IMG/VR virus record: IMGVR_UViG_2687453321_000002
Span: 1-64,000 of that record
Length of the DNA stretch: 64,000 nucleotides
Reading direction: 5' to 3' (one strand)
Origin: a virus
Lineage: Duplodnaviria; Caudoviricetes
Shown: positions 27,695-37,480 of the stretch, piece by piece
Layout of the letters: every line of letters begins with the position of its first letter
Position numbering within the stretch: the first letter of the stretch is position 1
The notes under the pieces: model-generated
The model's input: only the letters and a program-made list of their open reading frames with translations
Told to the model about the DNA's origin: nothing
Databases searched by the model: none
Position numbers and translations under genes: made by a program

Positions 27695-28879
27695 ATGCGG
27701 ATCACTCTCCACGATCGGCAGTCCTTTCCTATTAACACCCAACGCATTATTGCCGAGAACGGTTATTTGCGCGTTCCGGGGCGGGTTGCTCGCACCGGCG
27801 TGCAGCAATACCTTGCGTCTGAACTGGGGTTAACGGACAGGCCGCCAAACAGCATTGTTAACGTATATCGACCGCCGGAAGAGGTGTTCTCACCGGCCAG
27901 TCTTGCCAGCTATGACAACACCGATGTCACCGTTGAGCATCCCGACGATCTTGTTGATTCGACCACGTTTAAAGAGGTGTCGGTAGGACACGCCACGTCA
28001 CCGGGGCGTCCTGATGAAGACGATGAGAATTATGTTGTCGTTGACTACCTGATTAAAGATCAGGATGCCATCGACAGCATTAACAGGGGCAAGGCTGAGC
28101 TTTCTGCCGGTTATACCTCTGAATACGTTGAGCGTGCCGGTGTTGCGCCGGACGGCACCCCTTATGAGTTCGTGCAAACGGATATCACCATCAACCATAC
28201 CGCGCTTTGTGACCAGGCTCGCGCCGGTCGCCGCGCACGATTGTTTGACAATAAACCCACGGAGAAACAATCCATGCCAAAAGTAACTTTGGACAATGGC
28301 GTCAAAGTAGAAGTTGCCGACGAGGCGACGCAAACACTTATCCAAACCACGCTCGACAGTCTGAAAAAACGTGTGAAGGATGCCGAAGAGGCCGCAGAAA
28401 AGGCCGATGAAGAAAAAGAAGCAGCTGAGGCGAAGGCAGATGCCAAAGACGACGAGATTGAAGAACTGAAGGAAAAAGCTTCAGAAGATGCGATCTCCAG
28501 CCGTCTGGCCGATGTTATTTCCGCTATGGACTCAGCCGTAAAAATTGCTGGTAAGGAATTTACCAGTGACTCCGTCAATCCACTGACTATCAAACGCCAA
28601 GCGCTCGATGCGGCAGGTATCAAGTGCAAAAAATACGCCTCTTGGGATAAGGCGCCAGAGGCGTATGTAAATGCCTATTTCGATGCGGAGGAAGAACGCA
28701 AAGAAATCGAAGACGAGGAAGAGGAGGAAGAACGCAAGGAAGCGAAAGACTCCGTGCGCCGCCTGGGTGGTGAGTTGGGTAAAAAAGTGAAACTCGGCGA
28801 TGCCGAAGCACAACGTCTAGCCACTCGTCAGGCGTTCCTGGATAAGCGTTATGGCCGTAACCAAGAGGACAAAAAATAA
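27695..28879 (+). CDS. DUF2213 prohead protease/scaffold
   Basis: ARTGVQQY, ELSAGY, NHTALC..ARAG; acidic coiled-coil C-terminus. Confidence 0.88.
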   Translation: MRITLHDRQSFPINTQRIIAENGYLRVPGRVARTGVQQYLASELGLTDRPPNSIVNVYRPPEEVFSPASLASYDNTDVTVEHPDDLVDSTTFKEVSVGHATSPGRPDEDDENYVVVDYLIKDQDAIDSINRGKAELSAGYTSEYVERAGVAPDGTPYEFVQTDITINHTALCDQARAGRRARLFDNKPTEKQSMPKVTLDNGVKVEVADEATQTLIQTTLDSLKKRVKDAEEAAEKADEEKEAAEAKADAKDDEIEELKEKASEDAISSRLADVISAMDSAVKIAGKEFTSDSVNPLTIKRQALDAAGIKCKKYASWDKAPEAYVNAYFDAEEERKEIEDEEEEEERKEAKDSVRRLGGELGKKVKLGDAEAQRLATRQAFLDKRYGRNQEDKK

Positions 28880-29490
28880 TGGCAATTGCACAGAATGATT
28901 TCACGGTATTCCGTGGTCGCGGCTATGAAGGCCAAATCTCCACCATCGATGTTGCTGACGTTATCAGCCGCATGGTGGAAGACGCGTTTATTCCTTACGG
29001 GCGTGCTGCTGTGCGTGGTGTGGGCAAGCGTACCTGCGCACCAGTAACAGCCGCCAGCAAAGCCGCTGACATTATCGGTTTCACGGTGCGTTCAATGGCC
29101 GAAGCCAGCCCAACGCCGCCTACTGAAAATGGCGAGTATGCGATTGGTTATCCCGTTGATCATGTGGCGTCGCTGCTGCGCAGAGGGTCGATGTATATCT
29201 TGTGCGTTGATGGCGCTATGGCAGGTGACCCGGTGAGCGTTATCACTGAGGAAGGTGAAAACCTCGGGCGTCTTACAACCGGTGGTGATGGCCTGGTACT
29301 CGATTTTGTGAAGTGGGTGGATACCGTGGCCGCAGGCGAAATCGGTGAAATTCAGGTAGACGGCATCATGGCCGGTGCTGGTGGCGGTGGTGGTGGAACT
29401 CCAGGGCCAAAAGGCGACAAGGGCGATACGGGGCCGGCGGGTCCAGAAGGTCCACAGGGACCAAAAGGTGACAAAGGCGATCCGGCGTAA
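28879..29490 (+). CDS. Capsid decoration/cement protein with C-terminal collagen-like tail
   Basis: Position before MCP; poly-Gly then G-X-Y repeats. Confidence 0.75.
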   Translation: MAIAQNDFTVFRGRGYEGQISTIDVADVISRMVEDAFIPYGRAAVRGVGKRTCAPVTAASKAADIIGFTVRSMAEASPTPPTENGEYAIGYPVDHVASLLRRGSMYILCVDGAMAGDPVSVITEEGENLGRLTTGGDGLVLDFVKWVDTVAAGEIGEIQVDGIMAGAGGGGGGTPGPKGDKGDTGPAGPEGPQGPKGDKGDPA

Positions 29491-29554
29491 GGCCGGATTT
29501 TTTATATCCGCCCCGTCAAATATTGAATTATTGAAAGATTGAGGATGAAAATAG

Positions 29555-30493
29555 ATGGCTAGAAACGTTTTTGACATGTCGCCGACCGCTGCGCTGTCCT
29601 TTTTGGTGCAGCAGGCAGCTTACATCGAGAGCGAAATTTATCGCCTTGAATACCCGCAATACAAGTACAGCTCGCTGGTTCCGCTGGATGACTCAGCCCC
29701 CGACTGGACGAAACAGGTTGTCTTCCGTTCGGTTGATGCACGCGGTGAGTTGAAACTCTTTGGTCCAAACTCTACCGACGTGCCGACTGTGGACATCGCG
29801 ATGAATCAGGGCTTCCACGAAATCAAAACAGCGGCGCTGGGGTATACCTATACGCTGGAAGAGATTGGGTTCGCGCAGCTCAACAACGTCAATCTGGACG
29901 TTGAAAAAGGCCAGGCCGTTCGTGATGTGACAGAGCAGGGGATGAATAAAATCTATCTGCTGGGCCACGATGAAATTGGCGAAGGTTTGTTCACCAGCGG
30001 AAATGTGTCCAAAGAAACCGCACCAGCCACGTTGAAGCAACTGGTGGCCGATATTCCGACCAAAGGCACGCAGCCTATCGTTGATTTGTTCGCTGCTGGT
30101 TACAACCAGGTTTACCTGACCAATACCAAGACGGTCCGTCGCCCTACTGATTTTGTTCTGCCACCGGAACAAATGCAGTTGCTGATGCGCACCATGCTCA
30201 ACTCTGCCAACGCCTCGAACTACACCTTGTTGCAGTTCTTGCGTGAAAACTTCAAGGATATGGAGTTCACCGACGATCTGCTGCTGACGAAAGCCGATGG
30301 TGGCCACGCAGCGGATCGCATGATGGTGTATCAGAAAGACATGCGTGTGGTGAAAGGGCACGACGTAATGCCGTTGCAATTCCTGGCACCGGCTACCGCC
30401 GACAATATCAACTTTAAGGTGCCGGCTCTCTGCCGCACCGGTGGCACGGAATGGCGTATTCCGAAAGCGGCTCACTACGTGGATGGGGTGTAA
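29555..30493 (+). CDS. Major capsid protein (DUF2184)
   Basis: Size and position; C-terminal RTGGTEWRIP..YVDGV. Confidence 0.9.
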   Translation: MARNVFDMSPTAALSFLVQQAAYIESEIYRLEYPQYKYSSLVPLDDSAPDWTKQVVFRSVDARGELKLFGPNSTDVPTVDIAMNQGFHEIKTAALGYTYTLEEIGFAQLNNVNLDVEKGQAVRDVTEQGMNKIYLLGHDEIGEGLFTSGNVSKETAPATLKQLVADIPTKGTQPIVDLFAAGYNQVYLTNTKTVRRPTDFVLPPEQMQLLMRTMLNSANASNYTLLQFLRENFKDMEFTDDLLLTKADGGHAADRMMVYQKDMRVVKGHDVMPLQFLAPATADNINFKVPALCRTGGTEWRIPKAAHYVDGV

Positions 30494-30495
30494 GC

Positions 30496-30807
30496 ATGGC
30501 TGAGTTGATGAACTGGAGCAATGCGCCGATCGTGGTCACAGACGAAAATGGCGAACGTCACACCATTCCTGCACAGGGCGCGGCAAAAGTGGCGGGGGAT
30601 TTTTCCTCACATCCTTACGTTGTCAGCGGCGAATTGTCAGTGGACGGCGAGCTGGTTGCCAAAACACAAGAGGGTGAACAAACGGATATGCAGAAATTGC
30701 GCACCCGATATAAGGCCATCTTTGGAAAATCAGCGCCGCCAGCAGCCAAAGCCGAGACGCTGATCAAGAAAATTGAGGAATGGCAGGAACAGCAGGACGA
30801 AGATTAA
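30496..30807 (+). CDS. Small head-associated protein
   Basis: Follows MCP; HeH/LEM-like C-terminus. Confidence 0.6.
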   Translation: MAELMNWSNAPIVVTDENGERHTIPAQGAAKVAGDFSSHPYVVSGELSVDGELVAKTQEGEQTDMQKLRTRYKAIFGKSAPPAAKAETLIKKIEEWQEQQDED

Positions 30808-30869
30808 TCCGCCGTGTTATTTACCATCGAACCCGCCGACTATGGCGGGTTTTTCTTGTGGGGTTTCGG

Positions 30870-31292
30870 ATGGATATTACAGCCAAAATTGTGACTGATT
30901 TCCGGACTTATTACCCGGAGTTTAAGGACACCGCCCGGTGGCCTGATGACGAAGTGATCCTCGCGCTGGAGGAAGGTGATTCAGAAACGGGTAAGCGGTG
31001 GTTGGGGTATTACGATCGTCCCGCGTCAATAAAAAAACGCGGAATGTTCGCGTTTGCGGCACACCGCCTGATTATGCGCCGCCGTGCAATGGGTGAAGAC
31101 GGTGAAGGTGGCGATGCGGGGGCGGCCTACGCGATTTCAGGTAAATCGGTCGGGGATGAGTCCACGTCGTTTGCTGTGCCATCGACATCGATGGAAGAGC
31201 AGACGATTAATGGCGATCTGCCGCTGACATCGTACGGCATTGAGTTTTTGCGATTACGTCGCAGAGCCGGAACCGGAGCGCTGATGGTATGA
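30870..31292 (+). CDS. Head-tail adaptor (DUF4054)
   Basis: FRTYYPEF, AAHRL, SVGDES, TSYGIEF. Confidence 0.85.
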   Translation: MDITAKIVTDFRTYYPEFKDTARWPDDEVILALEEGDSETGKRWLGYYDRPASIKKRGMFAFAAHRLIMRRRAMGEDGEGGDAGAAYAISGKSVGDESTSFAVPSTSMEEQTINGDLPLTSYGIEFLRLRRRAGTGALMV

Positions 31293-31756
31293 AATTTAAT
31301 ACGGAGGTGCGCGGCGGAGAAAAGCTCGCCAAAAAGCTGAAGCAAATTCAGGACCGAGTCACCAGTAAAAAAAGAGTGCTGGTTGGTTTACCTGCCGGCA
31401 GTGGGAATTATGAAGATGGTGCGCCGATCGTGGTGATTGGGGCGGTGCAGGAATTTGGCTCTGCTGATGGTCGAGTACCTGAGCGCTCATTCCTCCGCGT
31501 ACCACTGCGCCAAAATCAGGACAACATCAAGAAGGGCTTTGCAGCGCTTTCCCGCCAGGTGGTTAAAGGGGAGATCTCTGCCTTTCAAATGCTGGATCAG
31601 ATGGGCGCACGTGCAGTGGGGTACTGCCTGGAGGCTATCGAAACCGGTATAGCACCCGCCAACGCCCCATCGACGATTAAGCAGAAAGGCAGCTCAACGC
31701 CGCTGATCAATCAAGGCATTTTGAAGGGCGCCATCACTCATGTCGTGGAGGACTGA
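31289..31756 (+). CDS. Neck/tail completion protein
   Basis: EFG..PERSFLR, NAPSTIKQKGSSTPLI. Confidence 0.8.
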   Translation: MKFNTEVRGGEKLAKKLKQIQDRVTSKKRVLVGLPAGSGNYEDGAPIVVIGAVQEFGSADGRVPERSFLRVPLRQNQDNIKKGFAALSRQVVKGEISAFQMLDQMGARAVGYCLEAIETGIAPANAPSTIKQKGSSTPLINQGILKGAITHVVED

Positions 31757-31758
31757 CC

Positions 31759-32178
31759 ATGTTTGGTAATGGGCTGGATATGCGCGGCCACGTTGATTCG
31801 ACATTTAATTCGAAAATTGCCGGGGGGATTTGGCTGATCCGTATGAGCGGTGATTACTCCGGCCCTGGCGGCGTGTGGCAGGAGTCGGAGTCTGCCCGCC
31901 AGGCGCTTACTCACGTCAACGTTCAGCCCGCTCGTTGGCGAGAGATTACGCTACTGGTTGGGCAAGGTGGTGTGGCCATGCTTGGTGACTTCAGAACGGT
32001 GCACATCAACGATGGGAAAACCTATCTGATGCCTGATGAGAGTGGCGAATACCGTGATCTGCTGGAATTTAGCGACGGTGTGACAATGCGTCGTTGGCGG
32101 GTGATGACGGCAGATAATCGCCCGTGGCGTAATTTTTGCCGCGCTGTTGTTGAAGTGGTCAGGGAGCCTGTGAAATGA
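31759..32178 (+). CDS. Head closure protein
   Basis: Synteny in neck module. Confidence 0.6.
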   Translation: MFGNGLDMRGHVDSTFNSKIAGGIWLIRMSGDYSGPGGVWQESESARQALTHVNVQPARWREITLLVGQGGVAMLGDFRTVHINDGKTYLMPDESGEYRDLLEFSDGVTMRRWRVMTADNRPWRNFCRAVVEVVREPVK

Positions 32179-32711
32179 AAGAAATCAGTGAACTGCATGC
32201 GTTGTTGCAGGGGCTGGTTTCAGTTTGTTCTGGTTTGGACAGCGCCCGCATTGTTCTTGCCGATCAGGGAAGAGCACCGCCAGGAGGCGGTACGCTCTAT
32301 GCGACCTACAATCCTATCCCCGTCCGGGCGTATGGACAGCCCGGTCAGCGACTGGAGTTTATCGCGCCGGTGGAGGAGTTCGACGAGTCTCTGGGGGAGG
32401 ATTGGCAGGATTTGGAGGAAATTACGGCCAGCTCGATGGAATTGATGCTGTCGGTGAATTTCTTCAATGAAGGCGCGTCGCAGGCCGCGATGATGCTGCA
32501 TAACGCCAATTTTCGAACCCCGGTTAGCGATTTTCTGTTTGTTAACCAGATAGGCTTTCGTTACGTCAGCAATCCCCGCAATCTCAGCTCGCATTTTCAA
32601 TCCGGTATTCAGCCGCGCTGGCAGGCTGACATTCATTTATTTGTTAACCATGAAGTTAGCAGCAAAGTATTACGTGCTGCGGGTTTCTCTATTCATTTAA
32701 CAGAGGAGTAA
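32175..32711 (+). CDS. Tail terminator protein
   Basis: Synteny, precedes sheath. Confidence 0.6.
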   Translation: MKEISELHALLQGLVSVCSGLDSARIVLADQGRAPPGGGTLYATYNPIPVRAYGQPGQRLEFIAPVEEFDESLGEDWQDLEEITASSMELMLSVNFFNEGASQAAMMLHNANFRTPVSDFLFVNQIGFRYVSNPRNLSSHFQSGIQPRWQADIHLFVNHEVSSKVLRAAGFSIHLTEE

Positions 32712-32717
32712 AGCCTG

Positions 32718-33974
32718 ATGGCGTACTCAGTAGACAATATTATCCCGGTCAACGTGATTATCGGTGCGGCCGGACTGGGGTATGCAGATTTTGCAACCGC
32801 CTTTGTTTTTGCCGATCCGTCTGATTTAGAGGCCGCGGAACCGGATAGCGCTCTGCTCACTGAAAACGGCAACAAAATTGAGACGGAAGATGGCCAGGCT
32901 ATTATCGTGAATGAACCTCCGATCACGTTGCGCGGCGTTGAATTCCCCGTTGATACCTACCGCGATTATTCTGGCGTGACAGAGTTGGGGGCGGATTTCC
33001 CGACCGCCAGTGAAATTTACCGTATTGCCACGCGCTATTTCGCACAGATCCCACGTCCGTCGACGCTCACGGTGTGGATGAAAAATCCTGAAGATGAGGG
33101 ATTGATAGCGACAGTCAATAAAGCAGCCGAAGCCGCCTGGCGTTACAACTACTTCTTTAAAACCGAAGACTACAGCGACGAAAATCTGCTGTTGCTCAGC
33201 GACTGGAGCGACGCTGCCGGCCATCCTGTTTGGTACACCAATACACAGGATGAGGTGATCGATCAGAATGTGAAGGACGACATCGTTTCACTGCTGGCGA
33301 AAAAGGGTAATCGCCATATGTTTGCGGGGTGGCGAGCACAAGAAGCGGTGGATATTGATCCCTCGCAGGCGCATTCGATGGTACAGGTCGCAGCGACGTT
33401 CGCCAAATTCCGCCCCAATGGGCTCAACACGGCAATCACTGCCGAGTATCAGGTGTTGCCCGGAATTGATGGCGATGAGTTGCAGACGAGCCACTACAAG
33501 GCGCTGAAAGCCAAAAAGGCGGTCTTTTTCACACCGATCGAGCTGGCTGGGCAGACGGATACCAGCCGGGTGATTAACAGCGTGTCGATGTCGTCCTATG
33601 GCGAATTTATTGATGACGTGATCAACATCGATGTGCTGAAGAACCATCTGCAGGTGGATGGCTACAACTACATCGCCAACGTTGGCACCAAACGGCCGTT
33701 AACGCCGAAGGGCTACGGTGGCTTGCTGAACGTGCTGACCGGCACCCTGAAGCGTTTCTATAACAACGGCGTGCTGGGCGAAGGGACATTCACGGATGAA
33801 GAAACCGGTGAAGAGAAAACGTCTGCGTTTGGTTTCGTCATCCTCTCCAGAGAAGAAGATGTCCTGAAACTGACCAAGGAGCAGCGCAAGAAGCGCGAAT
33901 TCCCGCCGACAAAAATCCTCGTCATTCTGGCGCGTGCCGGCCATGTCGCCGAACTGAACGTAACTGTGGAGTAA
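32718..33974 (+). CDS. Tail sheath (DUF3383-like)
   Basis: 418 aa; GEFIDDV; C-terminal LARAGHVAELNV. Confidence 0.82.
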   Translation: MAYSVDNIIPVNVIIGAAGLGYADFATAFVFADPSDLEAAEPDSALLTENGNKIETEDGQAIIVNEPPITLRGVEFPVDTYRDYSGVTELGADFPTASEIYRIATRYFAQIPRPSTLTVWMKNPEDEGLIATVNKAAEAAWRYNYFFKTEDYSDENLLLLSDWSDAAGHPVWYTNTQDEVIDQNVKDDIVSLLAKKGNRHMFAGWRAQEAVDIDPSQAHSMVQVAATFAKFRPNGLNTAITAEYQVLPGIDGDELQTSHYKALKAKKAVFFTPIELAGQTDTSRVINSVSMSSYGEFIDDVINIDVLKNHLQVDGYNYIANVGTKRPLTPKGYGGLLNVLTGTLKRFYNNGVLGEGTFTDEETGEEKTSAFGFVILSREEDVLKLTKEQRKKREFPPTKILVILARAGHVAELNVTVE

Positions 33975-33981
33975 ATAGACG

Positions 33982-34386
33982 ATGGCAATGAAGAACTACG
34001 GCGCCAGCCATGCTGATCTGACGATAAACGGCCTGCCGATCGACGAATTCGGTGACAGCGATCCGCCGATCACAATTGAAGATATTGATGCACGCGCCAC
34101 CCTGAAGCGGGGGATCGGCAAAACCTCCGTTCGCCTGGATGGGCCGACCCGACCGAAGCGCCTGACCGTCAACCTGATGCCGGGATGTGACCAAGTGCGC
34201 CAGTTGCTGGCGATTGAAAAATCCGGTGTGGATTTCTTCTTCACCTTTCGTCAGCGGGGAACGGATGAGTATGTGGCGGCGTTCGACGGTGTTATGACCC
34301 AACGTGGTAGCCTGACCCGCGGGGGCAAGACCAGCGCCAGTGACGAGCAATTTACATTCGAGTTCGCTGACTCGGAGGAAACCTGA
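33982..34386 (+). CDS. Tail tube protein
   Basis: 134 aa after sheath. Confidence 0.75.
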   Translation: MAMKNYGASHADLTINGLPIDEFGDSDPPITIEDIDARATLKRGIGKTSVRLDGPTRPKRLTVNLMPGCDQVRQLLAIEKSGVDFFFTFRQRGTDEYVAAFDGVMTQRGSLTRGGKTSASDEQFTFEFADSEET

Positions 34387-34649
34387 TGGCAAATAAACAA
34401 CCGCTACGCGTAGCCATTGATTGCTCCAGCCTGAAAACGAAGGTTGATTACCTTTCCTTACTGCTTAACTGCGCTGATTATTCGCCGGAAAAAATCGAAA
34501 GCCTTGCGGCGGGGTTATCCCGTAGCCTGATTTTAGGCGAATGTCATTCTACTATTGCGGCAGACGGCGTGTTGGAACTGCGGCAGGTGGTGGATTTTGG
34601 CGGGCAGTACGATGAATTAGTGGCGAACCTTATCGATACGAAAAGATAA
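34386..34649 (+). CDS. Hypothetical protein
   Basis: Coupled ORF between tube and chaperone. Confidence 0.5.
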   Translation: MANKQPLRVAIDCSSLKTKVDYLSLLLNCADYSPEKIESLAAGLSRSLILGECHSTIAADGVLELRQVVDFGGQYDELVANLIDTKR

Positions 34650-34661
34650 AAAGGAACGGAA

Positions 34662-35051
34662 ATGGCACGAAATATTGAAGTGAGAATTAATGAGATTCCA
34701 TACGTTGGTTCAACGGCGTCAGCCAAAGACCAGGTGGAAATGCTGCAAATTGCATCACGGTGTGGTCTGCTGCCTGCTATCTCTGACAACGTGACCCCGA
34801 TGGGAGTAGTGGCCAGTTTAGCGGCAGTGGACGCGGCCAACCTTAACCGTCTGAAGGTGTTATGCCTGACTAACGGTAATATTGTTCGTCAGAGTGATAA
34901 TGTGCCGGTGGCCGAAAATATGTTCCAGGATGAAGTACATAATTTTCTGGGATTGATCGGGGGGGTATTGAAAGAAAATATCGGCCCTTTCTGGCAACTC
35001 AGCGGCAGCGAAAAAACCAGCCCCAACGCAGCGGCAGAGACTCAAGAGTAA
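34662..35051 (+). CDS. Tail assembly chaperone (probable -1 frameshift extension to 35215)
   Basis: Slippery C CCT TTC at 34985-34991; -1 frame open to TAG at 35213-35215. Confidence 0.75.
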   Translation: MARNIEVRINEIPYVGSTASAKDQVEMLQIASRCGLLPAISDNVTPMGVVASLAAVDAANLNRLKVLCLTNGNIVRQSDNVPVAENMFQDEVHNFLGLIGGVLKENIGPFWQLSGSEKTSPNAAAETQE

Positions 35052-35305
35052 ACTGGTTTCTGTGGCGGCCTTGTGCCGGTGTCGGGCAACTATGCCCGCC
35101 ACTGGCTGCATGGTCTGACATGATTGATGGAACTTATTGTCTCGAGGATGTGCAGGCTATGCATGATGTTCTGGATGAGGTGATTGACGCGGCTGAAAGA
35201 GCAAGAAATAAGTAGCCCGCTTCGGCGGGTTTTGTTTTGGTTTGGGGTGACGCTGAGGGCAAGGGGTGGTAGGATTTCTGCTCAAAATATAGGGAGATTC
35301 ATTAT

Positions 35306-35788
35306 ATGTATAAAGGAATGTTGATTCTGTTGTTGTTGGTGGTGTTACCTTGCCGGGCGGATAACCTTTGCTCCCATCGCGATGGGAGCTGGGAACATCG
35401 CGTTGTAGAGAATGGCAGTCTTGATATAGCCACAAAGATGCTTGATAGCAGAGTGAGGATATATATCGGTGGTGTACCAGGAAAGCTGCAATTAATAAGA
35501 CTGGATGGGGTGGGGCGTGTAAAAACAGATGCACTAAAATCAGGCGAGCCTAACCCTCTCAGAGCAGCTTTTGTGACAATCGGTAGTGACGTATATAAAA
35601 AAGATAAAATCGCAAGCCTTTACTCTCAAGCTAACGGCGGTTCGATAACCATTCCAATGAGAGAACTTCTACAGTACATATTGAGAAGTCGTATTTTGCA
35701 TATTTCAATCGAAGGTGAGAATAATAAGATGATTGAGTATGATATTGATGTTCGGGATATTCCTCTAGGCAGTGGTCATGATTGTTAA
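35306..35788 (+). CDS. Secreted/periplasmic moron protein
   Basis: Signal peptide MYKGMLILLLLVVLPCRA; flanked by terminators. Confidence 0.7.
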   Translation: MYKGMLILLLLVVLPCRADNLCSHRDGSWEHRVVENGSLDIATKMLDSRVRIYIGGVPGKLQLIRLDGVGRVKTDALKSGEPNPLRAAFVTIGSDVYKKDKIASLYSQANGGSITIPMRELLQYILRSRILHISIEGENNKMIEYDIDVRDIPLGSGHDC

Positions 35789-35854
35789 TTTTTGCCTTCC
35801 ATTTCCTTGCCCACTTTTAGTGGGCTTTTTTACATCTAAAATCTGAGGTCTAAT

Positions 35855-37480
35855 ATGTCAGAGGTCATAGACTCCCTGTTGGTTTCACTCGGCCTCGAAA
35901 CCGATAAGAAAAGTTTTGATAAAGCCAATGCTGCGATTAATAGCGTTAAAACTGGCTTTGTCCAATTGGCAGCGGCAGCGGGTGTTGGATTCGGGTTTAA
36001 GGCGCTTACTTCAGACCTTGCCAAATCTACAACGGAGATGGACCGCTTAAGCAAGATTACAGGATTTGCCGTCAAACAAATCGGAGGCTTGCGTTTTGCT
36101 TTACGCGCTTTAGGGCAAGACCCAGAAGCAGCAAATGGCATTGTTCAGAAAATCCCAGCTTTGCAGCAAATGGCAAAGCAAGGTGAGTTGGGTTCGAAAG
36201 CATATTGGAGCGGAACATTCAATCCTACTGAGTTTGCAAATAAGCCTGGAATGGATGCGTTTAAGTATCTTGTAGAGTCCTATGGGCGCATGGATCACGA
36301 GCAGCAGCGGAATTTACGAAGCGGTATCGGGGCTGGTGATAACGATCCTCTCACCCGTCTGATGGAACTGGGCTCGCAAGGGCTTGATGATGTACTTAAG
36401 GTTTACGAACCACTCTACCAAGCCCTTGATCCAAAACTCATTGAGTCTTCAATAAAATTCAACGAGGAACTAGCTAAATTATCTACAAGCTTTGAAAATC
36501 TACAAGCGCAAATCGGTGGGCCATTATTAGATGAGGTGAGTAAATTTTTAAATCTGACAAGTCGTGCAATATCAGGTGATGCTTATGGTGAGTCATTAAA
36601 GTATACTGAGAAAAAGGGGAAGGAGTTCCGGAATTGGCTCCGCGATAGTTATGTGGTGAAAAATGATGATTTTTTAAAATGGTTGTTTGGCGAAAAGGAG
36701 GTTGTCTCTGACGATGAACTGCCTGCTGAAAGACTCGTCAACCAGACTGCAATTCGTGTGGTAAATCATATTGCTGAAAATGATCGCTTATTAGGCAAGG
36801 TAATCCCTGTACAAAAGGAACTTCCATTCTTTCTTACGAATAGTCAGCAAGCCTCGAATCAACTCTCTAACGAAAATTTGCAAAAGTATTTGAATGTCAT
36901 TGCACTGTCGGAAGGTACTGCCGGTTACATGAATAATGGTTACAACACAATGTTTGGTGGTGACCAATTTTCCGATATGAGTGATCACCCGCGTATATTG
37001 AAAGAGTTCACTGATAAAAATGGCAAGAGAAATAAAACCTCAGCTGCGGGGCGGTATCAGTTTACGCAGGCATCGTGGGACGAAGCCGCCAAGGCTCTCA
37101 ACTTAAAGGACTTCTCACCACAAAGTCAGGATATGGCTGCCTTATACCTAATCCAGCGTGCGGGCCAGTTGGATAACGTGCTGAATGGTAATTTTGCCGA
37201 GGCCACGGCCGGTCTTGGTGGTGTGTGGGCATCCTTACCGTCTTCCACTTATGCTCAGCCGAAGCATAGCTACGAGGCCATGGAGAATTTTTATGCCATG
37301 AATAATACGCCACCATCCTTTGGTGGTGCCGCTGGCGGCTCACGCGCTGTTACTGTCAATAACCAATTCTCAATCAATGCCTCAGGGGCTAATGCTGATG
37401 AGGTTGCCGATATTGTGTTTGGGCGAGCTACAGATAGTGTTAACCAAGCAGTGGGGCAACTACCTGGGGACAAATTCTAA
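35855..37480 (+). CDS. Tape measure protein with lambda-R-like muramidase domain
   Basis: IDSLLVSLG N-terminus; IALSEGT..YN.MFGG..DHP..TSAAGRYQF..WASLP. Confidence 0.88.
   Translation: MSEVIDSLLVSLGLETDKKSFDKANAAINSVKTGFVQLAAAAGVGFGFKALTSDLAKSTTEMDRLSKITGFAVKQIGGLRFALRALGQDPEAANGIVQKIPALQQMAKQGELGSKAYWSGTFNPTEFANKPGMDAFKYLVESYGRMDHEQQRNLRSGIGAGDNDPLTRLMELGSQGLDDVLKVYEPLYQALDPKLIESSIKFNEELAKLSTSFENLQAQIGGPLLDEVSKFLNLTSRAISGDAYGESLKYTEKKGKEFRNWLRDSYVVKNDDFLKWLFGEKEVVSDDELPAERLVNQTAIRVVNHIAENDRLLGKVIPVQKELPFFLTNSQQASNQLSNENLQKYLNVIALSEGTAGYMNNGYNTMFGGDQFSDMSDHPRILKEFTDKNGKRNKTSAAGRYQFTQASWDEAAKALNLKDFSPQSQDMAALYLIQRAGQLDNVLNGNFAEATAGLGGVWASLPSSTYAQPKHSYEAMENFYAMNNTPPSFGGAAGGSRAVTVNNQFSINASGANADEVADIVFGRATDSVNQAVGQLPGDKF

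Noticed and set aside
29693-30475. 260-aa minus-strand ORF
   Set aside because: Antisense shadow of the major capsid gene
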